Shown: positions 1 to 10,224, numbered from the stretch's first letter. The stretch is 64,000 nt of DNA from a virus (IMGVR_UViG_3300021255_002076:7148-71147); one strand, 5' to 3'. The notes: generated from the sequence alone by a model not told the origin. Made by a program: numbers and translations.

Positions 1-1
1 T

Positions 2-514
2 AAGCGTAAAGGCGACTACTACCTGCGGGCGAGTTTTAATAAGCACCTGGACTTTCCGCAGACGATACAGATGCTGCGGACGGTAAAGGCAATGTATCCA
101 CAGGCTAAGACGATCCTGATGGAAGATAAGGCGAACGGTCCTGCTATTGTAAGCACCTTGCAGCATGAGCCGGACATGTTCGTAATACCGGTGAATCCAG
201 CCGGTGGTAAAGTCGCACGAGTGAATGCAGTAAGTGCGGCCATAGAATCTGGGCATGTGTTCTTACCTACACCAGAAAAAGCGGTATGGGTGAATGAATT
301 CATTGACCAGTTTACATCATTCCCGAATGCGGCGCACGACGATATGGTCGATGCAGCGTCCCAGGCTTTACATAGAATGATATATTTCCGTGGCGAGTAC
401 GAGGAATATAAACCGACAGAGCAGGAGTTGTTTGAGAAGAAAGAAGTATCTGACTTCAACAATCCTGATGTCCTGTTTAATCCTTACGGTAGCACGGATC
501 AATTCTTTAGTTGA
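2..514 (+). CDS. terL: Terminase large subunit, C-terminal nuclease domain (5'-truncated by window edge)
   Basis: Frame is open from nt 2. Motifs EDKANGPAI, GGKVARVNAVS and FPNAAHDDMVDAASQAL are typical of the terminase RNase H-like domain; it lies upstream of the portal. Confidence 0.85.
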   Translation, partial: KRKGDYYLRASFNKHLDFPQTIQMLRTVKAMYPQAKTILMEDKANGPAIVSTLQHEPDMFVIPVNPAGGKVARVNAVSAAIESGHVFLPTPEKAVWVNEFIDQFTSFPNAAHDDMVDAASQALHRMIYFRGEYEEYKPTEQELFEKKEVSDFNNPDVLFNPYGSTDQFFS

Positions 515-528
515 GGAGTAGATTAATT

Positions 529-1113
529 ATGGATGAAGAGAATAAGGGATTTCCTATCCCAGCGAATAGAGAGATGTTTGGCGACGAGGGTGATACTGCT
601 GAGGTTACTCCTGTCCCGAATAGTGACTACTTTTTGGCCTTTGCTAATGACGCCGGTGATAAGGCCGTTATCGTAACGCCTATCGAGACTATCGGCGGTG
701 AGATCGTGGAGCGGCATGGTCTTACGGAGATGGAAGAGTATGCCAAGACCCTGATGGACACCGGCGACGATCCGATGGAACTTCAGATCGGAAGCACCTT
801 CGAGGGTGAGACTGCGGAAGCTGATGCCAACGCAGAGGCTATGAGACTGGATGAAGAATATGCTCCCGGAGAAGGCGCAGCGGATGAGGATATTATTGCA
901 GCACTGGATGACGCGAGAGCGAATACAGGCGCGAATATCGGTCCTGCCGAGGAACCGGAGGACGACATTCCCTTTCCACTTAATGGGCCTCTGGGCGTGG
1001 ACGAAGCTGGAGATGAACCGGCAGAAGATACTGATGAAGAAAATACAGATGAGGAATCAGAGGATATTGAGAACGAGCCGATGCTCGACCAACTGAAGAA
1101 AGCGAAGAAGTAA
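529..1113 (+). CDS. Acidic hypothetical protein
   Basis: Very D/E-rich ORF; GAGGAG lies upstream of ATG 529. Confidence 0.6.
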   Translation: MDEENKGFPIPANREMFGDEGDTAEVTPVPNSDYFLAFANDAGDKAVIVTPIETIGGEIVERHGLTEMEEYAKTLMDTGDDPMELQIGSTFEGETAEADANAEAMRLDEEYAPGEGAADEDIIAALDDARANTGANIGPAEEPEDDIPFPLNGPLGVDEAGDEPAEDTDEENTDEESEDIENEPMLDQLKKAKK

Positions 1114-1368
1114 ATGGGCGCGATTATGGGTATGCTCGGTGCTTTGATTGGCATCGGGCTTTTTGTATCTGGTTTCCTTCTTGGAACAAAGCTGACTGCT
1201 CCGAAGCCCGTCACTGCACCGGAACTTACGCCGGAGGAAGTGCAGGCTATTAAACTGGAGCGAGAACGTCTTACCAAGGAGAACGAGGCCTTTAAGCAGC
1301 TGATGAGTTACGGCGTTGAGCAGGCCTACAGCGGTGGCCCATCGAAGGAGCAGGTGATGGATGATTGA
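1114..1368 (+). CDS. Small membrane-anchored hypothetical protein
   Basis: N-terminal hydrophobic helix; abuts the flanking genes. Confidence 0.6.
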   Translation: MGAIMGMLGALIGIGLFVSGFLLGTKLTAPKPVTAPELTPEEVQAIKLERERLTKENEAFKQLMSYGVEQAYSGGPSKEQVMDD

Positions 1369-3473
1369 GAGACGAGAAGAATAATAAAACTTCGGTATGG
1401 CGTTACTACGAAGTAGGTCGTGCATACAATAACAGGCTAGTACCGAATCAGTACAATCTGGTAAATACCAATACCGAGTTCTTCGCCGGTAATCAGTGGA
1501 TCCATATAAACGAGACTCCTGCGATGCAGAGACTGATGCGTCCCACATTTAATATTATTAAGCGTGTCACATCTCTGTTCGTTGCATCCCTTACCAGTTC
1601 CAACACGACAATTAATTTCGAGTCCCTTGCATATGCAGACGGGGACAATATGAAAGACCCGGAGTCCAATGCAGCAGTAATTGCTACGGCGGAGGTCCGG
1701 AATCTTTTTGATAAGTTTAAGATGCAGTACCGGATTCGTGAGGCGCTATTCGACGGCGCGGTATCTGGTGACTACTGCGCCCACTTCTATTGGAATCCGG
1801 ACGCCACTCCATATGGCGGGGCTTTCGGCGCATACAAGGGCGAGATCGAGATGGAACTCGTGGACGGCATCAACGTCATGTTTGGTAATCCGAACACGCC
1901 GGATGTCGAGTCCCAGCCCTACATTCTGATCTTAGGCAGGGATACGGTCGAGAATCTGAAGTGGGAAGCAAAGCAGTTTGCAAAGTCCGATCATAAGAAC
2001 GGCGGAACGGCAGAGGACAATCTTATTATTGACAGCATGAATTCTGACTCTGAGTGGCAGTGGCAGATCGGTGTCGGTGGTAAGACGGAAATCTCCAGAA
2101 CTGATGACAAGACAGGTAAGGCGCTGTACGGAATTCTCTATACCAAGGTTACGGAAGAGAAGCCGGTCATTAATGCTGAGACCGGACAACAGGAGCTAAT
2201 CGAAGTACTCGATGATGAAGGCAAGCCTATCCCGGAAACTACGGAGGACGGTAAGCCGGTAATCGATACAAACGGGAATCCCGTATATAAAAAGAAGGGC
2301 GCTACTAGAATGGTAACGTCCGTCCATGTGACAAAGGCTACGAAGACACGGATCATCTATGAGGATGTGGATACTGGCCTTTCCCGTTATCCTGTTGCTT
2401 GGGGTAACTGGGAGAAGCAGAAGAACCAGTACCACGGCAGAGCTCTGGTAACAGGAATTGTTCCGAACCAGATTTTCATTAACAGTATGATGGCCATGAT
2501 CTTTCGGCATCTGCAGTTGCAGAGTTTCCCCAAAACAGTCTACAACGCTGACCTGATTGGTCAGTGGAACAACGAAGTAGGCGAGGCTATCGGTGTTCAC
2601 AACTTGCAGCCTGGGACTTCCTTGCGTGAAGTGGCAACAGTGCTGCAGCCTGCGGACATGTCCAACCAGATCGTGATGTGTATTGACCGGGTTATGCAGT
2701 ATACACGTGACTGCCTTGGTGCGACGGACGCCCAGATGGGTAACGTCCGACCGGACAATACGTCAGCGCTGATGGTTCTTCAGTCATCCGCAGAAGTGCC
2801 TCTGGAGAACACAAGAGCCGGTCTGCATGAGTGGATCGAGGATATCGGGGCAATTCTTCTGGATATGATGGGAACGTACTATGGGAAGAGGCCCATCGTA
2901 CGTGAGCGGTCATTCGAGGATATCTCCATGGGAAGTGGGGAAGTGCCGATGATGGATCCGAACACCGGTATGATGATGACGCAGAAGACAACGAGACGTG
3001 TTATCGAGGACTTCGATTTTACCCAGCTCAAGCATCTGTGGTTCAACATCGTTGCTCAGGTTGGTGCTACTACATACTATTCCGAGATCGCTATGGTCCA
3101 GACTCTGGACAACCTCCGTCGTGATGGTACTCTGGAGATCATTGATTATCTTGAGCGTATACCGGACAAGCTGATCACGAGGAAGCAGGAGCTGATTGAT
3201 AATATCAAAAAGCGTACAGCAGAGGTTGCCCAGCAGACAGCAGCAATGCAGCAGATGAGCATGGCCCAGCAAGGGGAGATGATGCCCGGACAGCAGGGAC
3301 CGCAGATTTCAAAGAAGCCTGTTGAGGAACTACAGCATGCTGGGTTCCCTGCAATGGGTGGGGCGATCTCCGCTGAGAAAGCTATAGGCCAGATGCCAAC
3401 GAGCATACAGGCAAAGTATAACGAACTTCCGAAGTCAGCACAGAAGGCGCTGGTTCAGAAGAGCACCATGTAG
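1365..3473 (+). CDS. Portal protein (podovirus/P22-like)
   Basis: 702 aa between terL and scaffold. The N-terminal FFAGNQW...PTFNIIKR segment and the Q-rich C-terminal tail are typical of these portals. Confidence 0.8.
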   Translation: MRDEKNNKTSVWRYYEVGRAYNNRLVPNQYNLVNTNTEFFAGNQWIHINETPAMQRLMRPTFNIIKRVTSLFVASLTSSNTTINFESLAYADGDNMKDPESNAAVIATAEVRNLFDKFKMQYRIREALFDGAVSGDYCAHFYWNPDATPYGGAFGAYKGEIEMELVDGINVMFGNPNTPDVESQPYILILGRDTVENLKWEAKQFAKSDHKNGGTAEDNLIIDSMNSDSEWQWQIGVGGKTEISRTDDKTGKALYGILYTKVTEEKPVINAETGQQELIEVLDDEGKPIPETTEDGKPVIDTNGNPVYKKKGATRMVTSVHVTKATKTRIIYEDVDTGLSRYPVAWGNWEKQKNQYHGRALVTGIVPNQIFINSMMAMIFRHLQLQSFPKTVYNADLIGQWNNEVGEAIGVHNLQPGTSLREVATVLQPADMSNQIVMCIDRVMQYTRDCLGATDAQMGNVRPDNTSALMVLQSSAEVPLENTRAGLHEWIEDIGAILLDMMGTYYGKRPIVRERSFEDISMGSGEVPMMDPNTGMMMTQKTTRRVIEDFDFTQLKHLWFNIVAQVGATTYYSEIAMVQTLDNLRRDGTLEIIDYLERIPDKLITRKQELIDNIKKRTAEVAQQTAAMQQMSMAQQGEMMPGQQGPQISKKPVEELQHAGFPAMGGAISAEKAIGQMPTSIQAKYNELPKSAQKALVQKSTM

Positions 3474-3485
3474 GAGGAATAGCAA

Positions 3486-3710
3486 ATGCCTAGAAAGAAA
3501 AAGGAAGCAGCAGCACCTGTTGAAGCCGTTGTCGTAGAGGAAGCTGCACCGGTAGATGCAGATGTCGTTGAGGAAGTACAGAACGAATGGACACCGGATC
3601 CTGCAGATGAAGAAATTGAGGTCCTTACACCTGTTGCCGAATCTAACGGCAGGTGGGTGGAAACTCTTGGCCCGAATGGGCGGTACATGATTTTCGTACA
3701 GGATAAATAA
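3486..3710 (+). CDS. Hypothetical protein
   Basis: 74-aa ORF preceded by AGGAGG. Confidence 0.6.
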   Translation: MPRKKKEAAAPVEAVVVEEAAPVDADVVEEVQNEWTPDPADEEIEVLTPVAESNGRWVETLGPNGRYMIFVQDK

Positions 3711-3748
3711 GATCGATTAAGGGGAAGTCCCTCTTTCGATAAATTACA

Positions 3749-3780
3749 AAGGCAGTAAGTGGCAACCAGCTTACTGCCTT
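3749..3780 (+). terminator. Terminator-like hairpin
   Basis: Perfect 11-bp inverted repeat AAGGCAGTAAG/CTTACTGCCTT. Confidence 0.45.
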
Positions 3781-3786
3781 ACTTAT

Positions 3787-3864
3787 TGCGGAATAGAGGA
3801 GTCAGTCAATCTCGCCAGGTTCATACCCTGGAGTGCGCTGGGGCAGAGCCAGCTTCCGCAACCA
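3787..3864 (+). tRNA. tRNA with CAT anticodon (Met or Ile2) and atypical D/T loops
   Basis: Acceptor TGCGGAA/TTCCGCA followed by A-CCA; anticodon arm CCAGG-TTCATAC-CCTGG; T arm GCTGG-GGCAGAG-CCAGC. Confidence 0.75.
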
Positions 3865-3952
3865 AATCGAAACTGAGGCAGGTCAGTTGTAAGAGCCGGT
3901 CTACTCATCTGTAGTGCTGGCTCTAGTTATAACTGCTATTAAAAGCTATATC

Positions 3953-3999
3953 CCGGCTCACCATGCCGGTGAATATAAATATCTTTCTCACCATGAAAG
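3953..3999 (+). promoter_or_regulatory. Two tandem hairpins with identical TCACCAT loops in the scaffold 5' leader
   Basis: CCGGC-TCACCAT-GCCGG and CTTTC-TCACCAT-GAAAG, 30 nt apart; the second stem overlaps the SD. Confidence 0.55.
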
Positions 4000-4011
4000 G
4001 GAAATTCATTT

Positions 4012-4977
4012 ATGGAAAATGAAAACGAACAGGTTCAGTCCACGACTACTCAAGAAGACGTAATCCTTCCTGACGGCTGGGATGGAGAAATGGACTTCTT
4101 CGCCTGGGCGGCTGGAGAACAGGCGGCTGACGAGCCTCTGGAGACACTGCCCAGCACGGAGGAAAGCGGAACGGAAGAATCAGAAGAGGCCCCCACCACG
4201 GGTACAGACGCTGAGGGAGACGGGGAATCTGAAGAGGCTGTAGAGGCTGAACTGCCTACCACGCAGGAGCAACCGGAAGAGCAGCCTGGAAAAATCAGGT
4301 TTGACGCAAACATCAACCACAAGGTGGAGAGCGTTGAGCTGGATCCGTCTGAGTTACCGGGTCTTTATCAGAAAGCCTACGCGGCAGATAAGTACCGCAC
4401 AAAGCTGGACGCAAAGACTAAGGAACTTGAACAGATTGAAGTGTTAGCCAAGATACTTGGGTATGAAACAGTTACCGCTATGGTGGATGCAGCAAAGAAG
4501 AGTTATGAGGACAACGAGATTGCCCAGCTGACTCAGGAGCATGTGCATCCAACAGTAGCCAAAGATATGGTCTCCAGAAAAGTGAAGGAGATCGAGGACG
4601 GTGTACTGAAGAACCGGAAGCAGACAAAACCGGATACTGCGGAAAAGGAAGATGCGCCTACCAAATCTGGTGAGCGTGATTTCAAGCCAGAGGTACAGGC
4701 ACTGCTCCAGGACTACCCTGAACTGAAGGGAAAGACTCTTCCGCAGGAAGTAGTAAATGAGGCTGTTACCAAGGGAATTACTTTAAATGCTGCTTACACA
4801 AAATATGTTCAGAGACAGACGAAAGCCGACTTGGACCGACTCCAGAAGGAGAATAAACAACTTAAACAAAATGCGGAGGCGGCCAAACGCGCACCTGTCA
4901 GAGGCGTCGCGAAAGGCGGCGCTACCGGAGTTGGGGCAGAGGACCCGTTCCTCGCAGGCTTCCACTCTGTGAAGTAA
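4012..4977 (+). CDS. Capsid scaffolding protein
   Basis: Acidic N-terminus and coiled-coil; the C-terminal DPFLAGF motif; directly precedes the MCP. Confidence 0.7.
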   Translation: MENENEQVQSTTTQEDVILPDGWDGEMDFFAWAAGEQAADEPLETLPSTEESGTEESEEAPTTGTDAEGDGESEEAVEAELPTTQEQPEEQPGKIRFDANINHKVESVELDPSELPGLYQKAYAADKYRTKLDAKTKELEQIEVLAKILGYETVTAMVDAAKKSYEDNEIAQLTQEHVHPTVAKDMVSRKVKEIEDGVLKNRKQTKPDTAEKEDAPTKSGERDFKPEVQALLQDYPELKGKTLPQEVVNEAVTKGITLNAAYTKYVQRQTKADLDRLQKENKQLKQNAEAAKRAPVRGVAKGGATGVGAEDPFLAGFHSVK

Positions 4978-5043
4978 ATTGAATCCTGACAGTCGCGTGA
5001 CTGTCGCTGCCGCAAGCCTACAATATAAAGGAGAATTAATAAT

Positions 5044-6195
5044 ATGGCTGGTGGCATTAATCTTGCTCTTAAGTATCAGAGCGAAGTAGATGAAAGATGG
5101 ACGACCGAATCTCAGGCGCAGCTTGCACTCGGCGCTAAATTTGATGTGACGGGCGTTAAGACCGTCAGAATTTACAGCATTCCTGTTGCTGTTATGCACG
5201 ACTACGTTCGTTCCGGCGTGAACCGTTATGGTACTCCCGAAGATCTCGCACGTAACGTACAGGAAGAGACCATGAAGATGGACCGTGGCTTCACCTTCAT
5301 TATCGACGCAGGTGACAAAGCTCAGAGCCAGAATGTATCTGACGCTGGTGCTGCACTTGCACGTCAGATCAAGGAAGTCATCGTGCCCGAATTCGACACC
5401 TATTGCTTCAAAGTGCTGGCCGAGACTGCACAGGCAGCTGGTGGCTATGCAACTACTCCTATCACTAAGGCCAATGCTTACGAAGCTTTCCTGAACGGCC
5501 AGGAGTATCTTGGCGATCATAACGTTCCTGCAGCCGATAGAGTTTGCTTTGCAAGCTATCGTTACTGCAATCTTATTATGCAGGACCCTGCCTTCATGAA
5601 GGCAGGCGATCGTAGCCAGGATATGATTACCAAGGGTGTCATTGGCGAAGTCGATGGCGTTGAAATCTGCAAGGTTGCTTCTAACAAGCTTCCTGCGGGC
5701 TGTGCATTTATCCTTGCAAATAAGGAATGTGCTGGTGGTCCGGAGCAGCTCCAGGAGTTCAAAATCCACGACAATCCTCCGGGAATTTCCGGTTGGCTCG
5801 TGGAAGGACGCACTATCTATGACTGCTTCGTCCTTAATGAGAAGCGTCATGGTATTTACTACCATGGTGGACAGACTGTATTCAAGGTGATGAATGCAAT
5901 GACCGCCGCAACTGGTGTTGGCAAGACCACTCTGCTTGTTAACGGTATGCTGAATGCTGCTACCAACAAGTGGTATTACGTTACCGCTGAAAAGGCAGCA
6001 GACCTGACCGCAATCACCTATGACCAGGCTATCACTGTTGGTAACTGGACCGAGATGAAGGACGCAAATAACAGGCCGATTAACTTCGTTGAGATCACTC
6101 CGACCGCAGGGCACACCATTGCCCGTATCGTCGAAGTTGATTCTGCGAATAAGCCTGTTGCATTTGCAGATGTTCTCCTGAGCATCGGCGAATAA
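5044..6195 (+). CDS. Major capsid protein (N4-gp56-like HK97 fold) with C-terminal extension
   Basis: Follows the scaffold. Motifs VPEFDTY, GVIGEVDGVEI and GWLVEGRTIYDCFVL are typical of this MCP family. Confidence 0.85.
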   Translation: MAGGINLALKYQSEVDERWTTESQAQLALGAKFDVTGVKTVRIYSIPVAVMHDYVRSGVNRYGTPEDLARNVQEETMKMDRGFTFIIDAGDKAQSQNVSDAGAALARQIKEVIVPEFDTYCFKVLAETAQAAGGYATTPITKANAYEAFLNGQEYLGDHNVPAADRVCFASYRYCNLIMQDPAFMKAGDRSQDMITKGVIGEVDGVEICKVASNKLPAGCAFILANKECAGGPEQLQEFKIHDNPPGISGWLVEGRTIYDCFVLNEKRHGIYYHGGQTVFKVMNAMTAATGVGKTTLLVNGMLNAATNKWYYVTAEKAADLTAITYDQAITVGNWTEMKDANNRPINFVEITPTAGHTIARIVEVDSANKPVAFADVLLSIGE

Positions 6196-6205
6196 TCAAA
6201 ACTTT

Positions 6206-6232
6206 GAAGGGAACTCTATTAGAGTTCCCTTC
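6206..6232 (+). terminator. Terminator-like hairpin after MCP
   Basis: 12-bp inverted repeat GAAGGGAACTCT-ATT-AGAGTTCCCTTC. Confidence 0.6.
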
Positions 6233-6257
6233 TATTGTTATGAAGGAGAAGAATTGA

Positions 6258-6896
6258 ATGACTTATGGACAATTTAAAGACAGAGTACTCCAGCTGATCT
6301 TCTCCTACTCTATAGCTGGGGACGAGATAGAACTAAGCTATAACAACCAGGAAGACTACGTGAAGATGATTCCAGGTCTCCTGAATGCGTGTCAGTCCTA
6401 TATCTATCAGATGAAAAAGATAGAGGACTCTATAATGCTAAAGGATCTGGTGATGGAGGATCCGGAGGATAATACGGGTGTTGTTCTGTACCATCTCCCA
6501 GATGATTGTATAAAGCTGAAACCGGGCCTTATCATACCGAGAGGAACAAAATATGGCGCGGTCATGGAGCGTTTTACCGGATACCGTCTTTTTGGCGGGG
6601 ATAAGATTCTTTGTCCGAAGGGCCTTCCGGAAAACACAATTGTAGAGTATCGGAGTCGCGGAGTTCCGCTTCCAGATAATCCGTCGGACAACTATGTACT
6701 TCGGAATCCGGATGAAGTGAATAACATCATGACATTCTATGTGGCAGCATTTCTTGTGGTGTATGATGATGCTTTCAGATATTCGGTTCTCTACAATGAA
6801 TATGAAACAAGGCTTCAGAGACTTCTTCCGACACCGGCATACACCGAATCAAACGAGATTAAGGATGTATACGCTGGTTTTAGTACAGGGGTGTAA
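6258..6896 (+). CDS. Head-tail adaptor-like protein
   Basis: Position after MCP, size (212 aa) and MTYGQFKDRVL N-terminus. Confidence 0.55.
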   Translation: MTYGQFKDRVLQLIFSYSIAGDEIELSYNNQEDYVKMIPGLLNACQSYIYQMKKIEDSIMLKDLVMEDPEDNTGVVLYHLPDDCIKLKPGLIIPRGTKYGAVMERFTGYRLFGGDKILCPKGLPENTIVEYRSRGVPLPDNPSDNYVLRNPDEVNNIMTFYVAAFLVVYDDAFRYSVLYNEYETRLQRLLPTPAYTESNEIKDVYAGFSTGV

Positions 6897-6901
6897 CTAC
6901 C

Positions 6902-9208
6902 ATGGCATATGTAAATCTCGGGAGTATGCCGTCTCCAAAGAAGGAATACATGGTTGACTTTCCGCAGCTGAATGGCGGACTTAATTTACAGGAACTTGAC
7001 TACCGTATTCAGAACGATGAAACGCCGGAAATGAAGAATCTCTTATGGAGAGACGGCATTCTGAGCAGTCGTAGAGGACAGTCGTGGGTGAATGATTCCA
7101 TCGGGGGAGAGTACCATGCTTCTTATGAGTCCCTGTGGAACGGAATGATTTTTGAGCATTCCGGTAATCAGATAGTGATGTTTGATCCGGAAAGCGGCGA
7201 AAGAACGGCCTTATACACCGGTGGGGAAGATATGGTTACCCATGGTACGTTCTTTCCTTATAATGAAAAACTTTATTATAAAACAAAAGGATACTATGTC
7301 GAGATAGAGTACGACGGCACTGATTTTACAGCTGTGGATGTAGAAGGCTACACACCTGTTACGTATATCAGCTGTTCGTATCTGAACGGATCCGGAACTG
7401 TGTATCAGCCGGAGAATAGGCTAAGTCCTAAGAAAACGTTATGGTATAACTCGGCATTTACATTAAATACAATAGTTAACGGCGGCATTACCGCTGTCGT
7501 CGAAGACGCTTACTTCAGAAAATCGATAAGCGAACCCGGGATGTACATCTTTTCCTACAATGGCCAGAAGTGGCTCTTGAACGGAACGGAAGTAAACATC
7601 CTGGATTATGGCGTAACGATAGGCGGGACTCCAGTGAATGGGAACACGGTCACAGTTGTCTTCACTTTCGTCAGTGAGTATCAGCTGCCTGTTCCGGCGA
7701 GCTCACTTACTAACGTAGAAGTAGAGGGAATTGAGTTCTCGCAAGAGACGCTGGACATCACAGCAAGTTCCGGGCGCATAAGTGTGGCTGTGGATAAAGG
7801 CGTATTTCGAAACAAGGTAACGGAAGACGCGGATCTGGAGTTCGTGTATAACTATGACGCTCTCCCAACTGAGGGCTGGGAACTCGATGGTGTTCTGGTC
7901 GATCTGGCAGAATATGGTATGGTGGCGTCAAAAACGGAAGCCTTTGTAACAGGGGACAGCATTCGTGCTCAGTACCATAGAGGCGAATACCATATCGATT
8001 ACGAGACGAACAGGGTTTGCTTCTTTGCGGCGCCAAGAGTTACGTATCCGGAGATTCATAACACAGTTCATATAACATACTCTTCTGAGAACGAACTTGC
8101 GTACAAGAATGTTATGGACTGTGCGATGGTATCGGTTTATGGCGGTACAGGTGCCCTGTGTATTGTCATGGCCGGGAGTGAGACCCAGCCGAATGCTTAC
8201 TTCTGGAACGGCCAGACATCAATAGCAATGGACGCTTCTTACTTCCCTGTGACTCAGTACCAGCTTGCCAGTGACATGGTTGATCCGATCAGGGGCTTTG
8301 GTAAGCAGCAGGGGTATCTGATCATTTTCAAGAATGGATCTGTTGGAAGAACATCCCTCAACACAGAAACGGTTGAAGGGAGAATGACAATCGATTTGCC
8401 GTATACACCTATCAACGCAAAGATAGGGTGCGATCTCCCGTGGACTATACAGCTGATTGAGAATAACCTCACCTGGTGCAATACGGAGTCCGGTGTTCAC
8501 TTCCTCGCGAACACATCTTCTGCATACGAGAACAACGTGATCTGCATCAGCGACAAGGTGAAGTCGTCCAACAGCAGATGGACAACCGGATTACTGGATG
8601 ATGTTCGGTACAAGGATCCGGAGAAGATCTGCTCGCACGATGATGGCTACCGGTACTGGCTGATTGTGGATGGGGAAGTATGGCTCTGGGATTATTACCT
8701 CAGTAACTATAAGAATCCGGCATGGTTTTATTTTGATAATGTCTACGCACGAGGGGTAATTCAGCAGGCAGCAAATATCTGGCATATCGATACAGAGAGC
8801 AGGCTGACCAAATTTGTGGATGTGTTTACAGATTATGGCAGCGCTATAGATAAGGTATACAGGTTCGCGACGCAGTACTTCGGAACGTATGACAACAAGA
8901 AGAATGTAAATTCTGTAATAATAAACATGAGACCGACCACGAACTCCGTGGTCGATATTACTTATCTGACGGATTATGAATCAAGACATGACCTGACGCC
9001 ACTTGCAGCGGTATCGTGGTCTCTGGTTCCGAGAGATCTGTCATACAGAAATCTGGCGGGTTCCGGTTTTGCAAAGGTGTTTAGGAGAAAACCGCATTGC
9101 AGGAGAGTACAGTATTTTACTATGCGGCTTGAAAACAATGAAGCGAACATGGATATGGCGGTTGTATCTGCACAGATTTACTACACTTACCAAGGGAGGC
9201 AGAGATAA
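6902..9208 (+). CDS. Tail nozzle / DNA-stabilisation protein (P22 gp10 / T7 gp12-like)
   Basis: 768 aa, beta-rich, N-terminal LNGGLNL motif, syntenic with the adaptor. Confidence 0.65.
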   Translation: MAYVNLGSMPSPKKEYMVDFPQLNGGLNLQELDYRIQNDETPEMKNLLWRDGILSSRRGQSWVNDSIGGEYHASYESLWNGMIFEHSGNQIVMFDPESGERTALYTGGEDMVTHGTFFPYNEKLYYKTKGYYVEIEYDGTDFTAVDVEGYTPVTYISCSYLNGSGTVYQPENRLSPKKTLWYNSAFTLNTIVNGGITAVVEDAYFRKSISEPGMYIFSYNGQKWLLNGTEVNILDYGVTIGGTPVNGNTVTVVFTFVSEYQLPVPASSLTNVEVEGIEFSQETLDITASSGRISVAVDKGVFRNKVTEDADLEFVYNYDALPTEGWELDGVLVDLAEYGMVASKTEAFVTGDSIRAQYHRGEYHIDYETNRVCFFAAPRVTYPEIHNTVHITYSSENELAYKNVMDCAMVSVYGGTGALCIVMAGSETQPNAYFWNGQTSIAMDASYFPVTQYQLASDMVDPIRGFGKQQGYLIIFKNGSVGRTSLNTETVEGRMTIDLPYTPINAKIGCDLPWTIQLIENNLTWCNTESGVHFLANTSSAYENNVICISDKVKSSNSRWTTGLLDDVRYKDPEKICSHDDGYRYWLIVDGEVWLWDYYLSNYKNPAWFYFDNVYARGVIQQAANIWHIDTESRLTKFVDVFTDYGSAIDKVYRFATQYFGTYDNKKNVNSVIINMRPTTNSVVDITYLTDYESRHDLTPLAAVSWSLVPRDLSYRNLAGSGFAKVFRRKPHCRRVQYFTMRLENNEANMDMAVVSAQIYYTYQGRQR

Positions 9209-10216
9209 ATGGCCCTTACCCAAATGAAATTCGATAAGGTATGGACGAGCGCAACTGACTTTCCTACGTACGAAGTTCATGAAGATCAAGTTCGTAAGGA
9301 TATGCAATACCTCTTTGACAGCATAAAGAACCAGTTCAATAACTTCCTTGCGAACGAGTTCATAGCTGAGAATATGTCGTTCACACCGACCACCGGTGAG
9401 ATAGAAGCTACGAACGTTCAGGATGCTATTGAGGCCATCCATAATGAAATAAAAGATATTTCCCAGGGGTCTGTCGCTGACGGTGCGATCTCTGCATTGA
9501 AGCTAAGCCAGGTCGAAGGGGAAGAAGCTGTTGTAACAGAGGTAATAAGAGACGGGGCAGTAACAACCGCAAAGCTGGCGGATGGTTCTGTCACGCTCGA
9601 AAAACTTGCTCCCGGAGCTTTAGGAACTGAAGCTATCGCGAATGAGTCAGTGACTCAGGAAAAATTAAGTGTCCGTTCTGTTGGCACGAATCAGCTGGTG
9701 CCTAACTGTGTAACAGCAGAGAAGCTGGCTAACCAGGCGGTTATAACACAGAGACTTGCAGATTTAGCAGTCACAACTGCTAAGTTAGCGGATGCGTCAG
9801 TTACTAGTGTTAAGCTCGGGGACATGAGCGTAATTACAGCGAAGCTTGCTGACGGCTCGGTTACAACTGCGAAGATTGCGGATTTGAATGTAACGACAGG
9901 GAAGCTGGCTGATTTGGCGGTAACTACTGCGAAGATAGCAGATGGGGCAGTGACCCACGCAAAGACGACAGGTATTCAAAGTCAGCATAAGACAGCTACA
10001 GTTACACTCGCGTCCGGAAAAACGAGCTGGAGTATCAGCAATGTTGCCGGTGTTACAGCTTCGAATTCTGTGCATTGCAGTCCGGCTCCGGCGTCATTCG
10101 CTCAGTGGGTTGACAATCGTGTTCGTCCGTCTGCACAAGGGAATAATTCTCTCTCCTTTGTTTCAGACACAGCCCCTACAGCTGCAATCACAGTAAGCGT
10201 TCTGATTTTGGATTAA
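9209..10216 (+). CDS. Tail fibre/needle-like protein with VTTAKLAD repeats
   Basis: About ten tandem 10-aa (V/I)TxAK(L/I)AD repeats. Confidence 0.6.
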   Translation: MALTQMKFDKVWTSATDFPTYEVHEDQVRKDMQYLFDSIKNQFNNFLANEFIAENMSFTPTTGEIEATNVQDAIEAIHNEIKDISQGSVADGAISALKLSQVEGEEAVVTEVIRDGAVTTAKLADGSVTLEKLAPGALGTEAIANESVTQEKLSVRSVGTNQLVPNCVTAEKLANQAVITQRLADLAVTTAKLADASVTSVKLGDMSVITAKLADGSVTTAKIADLNVTTGKLADLAVTTAKIADGAVTHAKTTGIQSQHKTATVTLASGKTSWSISNVAGVTASNSVHCSPAPASFAQWVDNRVRPSAQGNNSLSFVSDTAPTAAITVSVLILD

Positions 10217-10224
10217 TCTGGGGG

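Noticed and set aside
4783-6114. 443-aa antisense ORF opposite the MCP, and similar long antisense ORFs (10934-11779, 16263-17225, 29748-30608, 50922-51749, 59256-59975)
   Set aside because: Shadow frames of well-supported genes, with no motifs or RBS.
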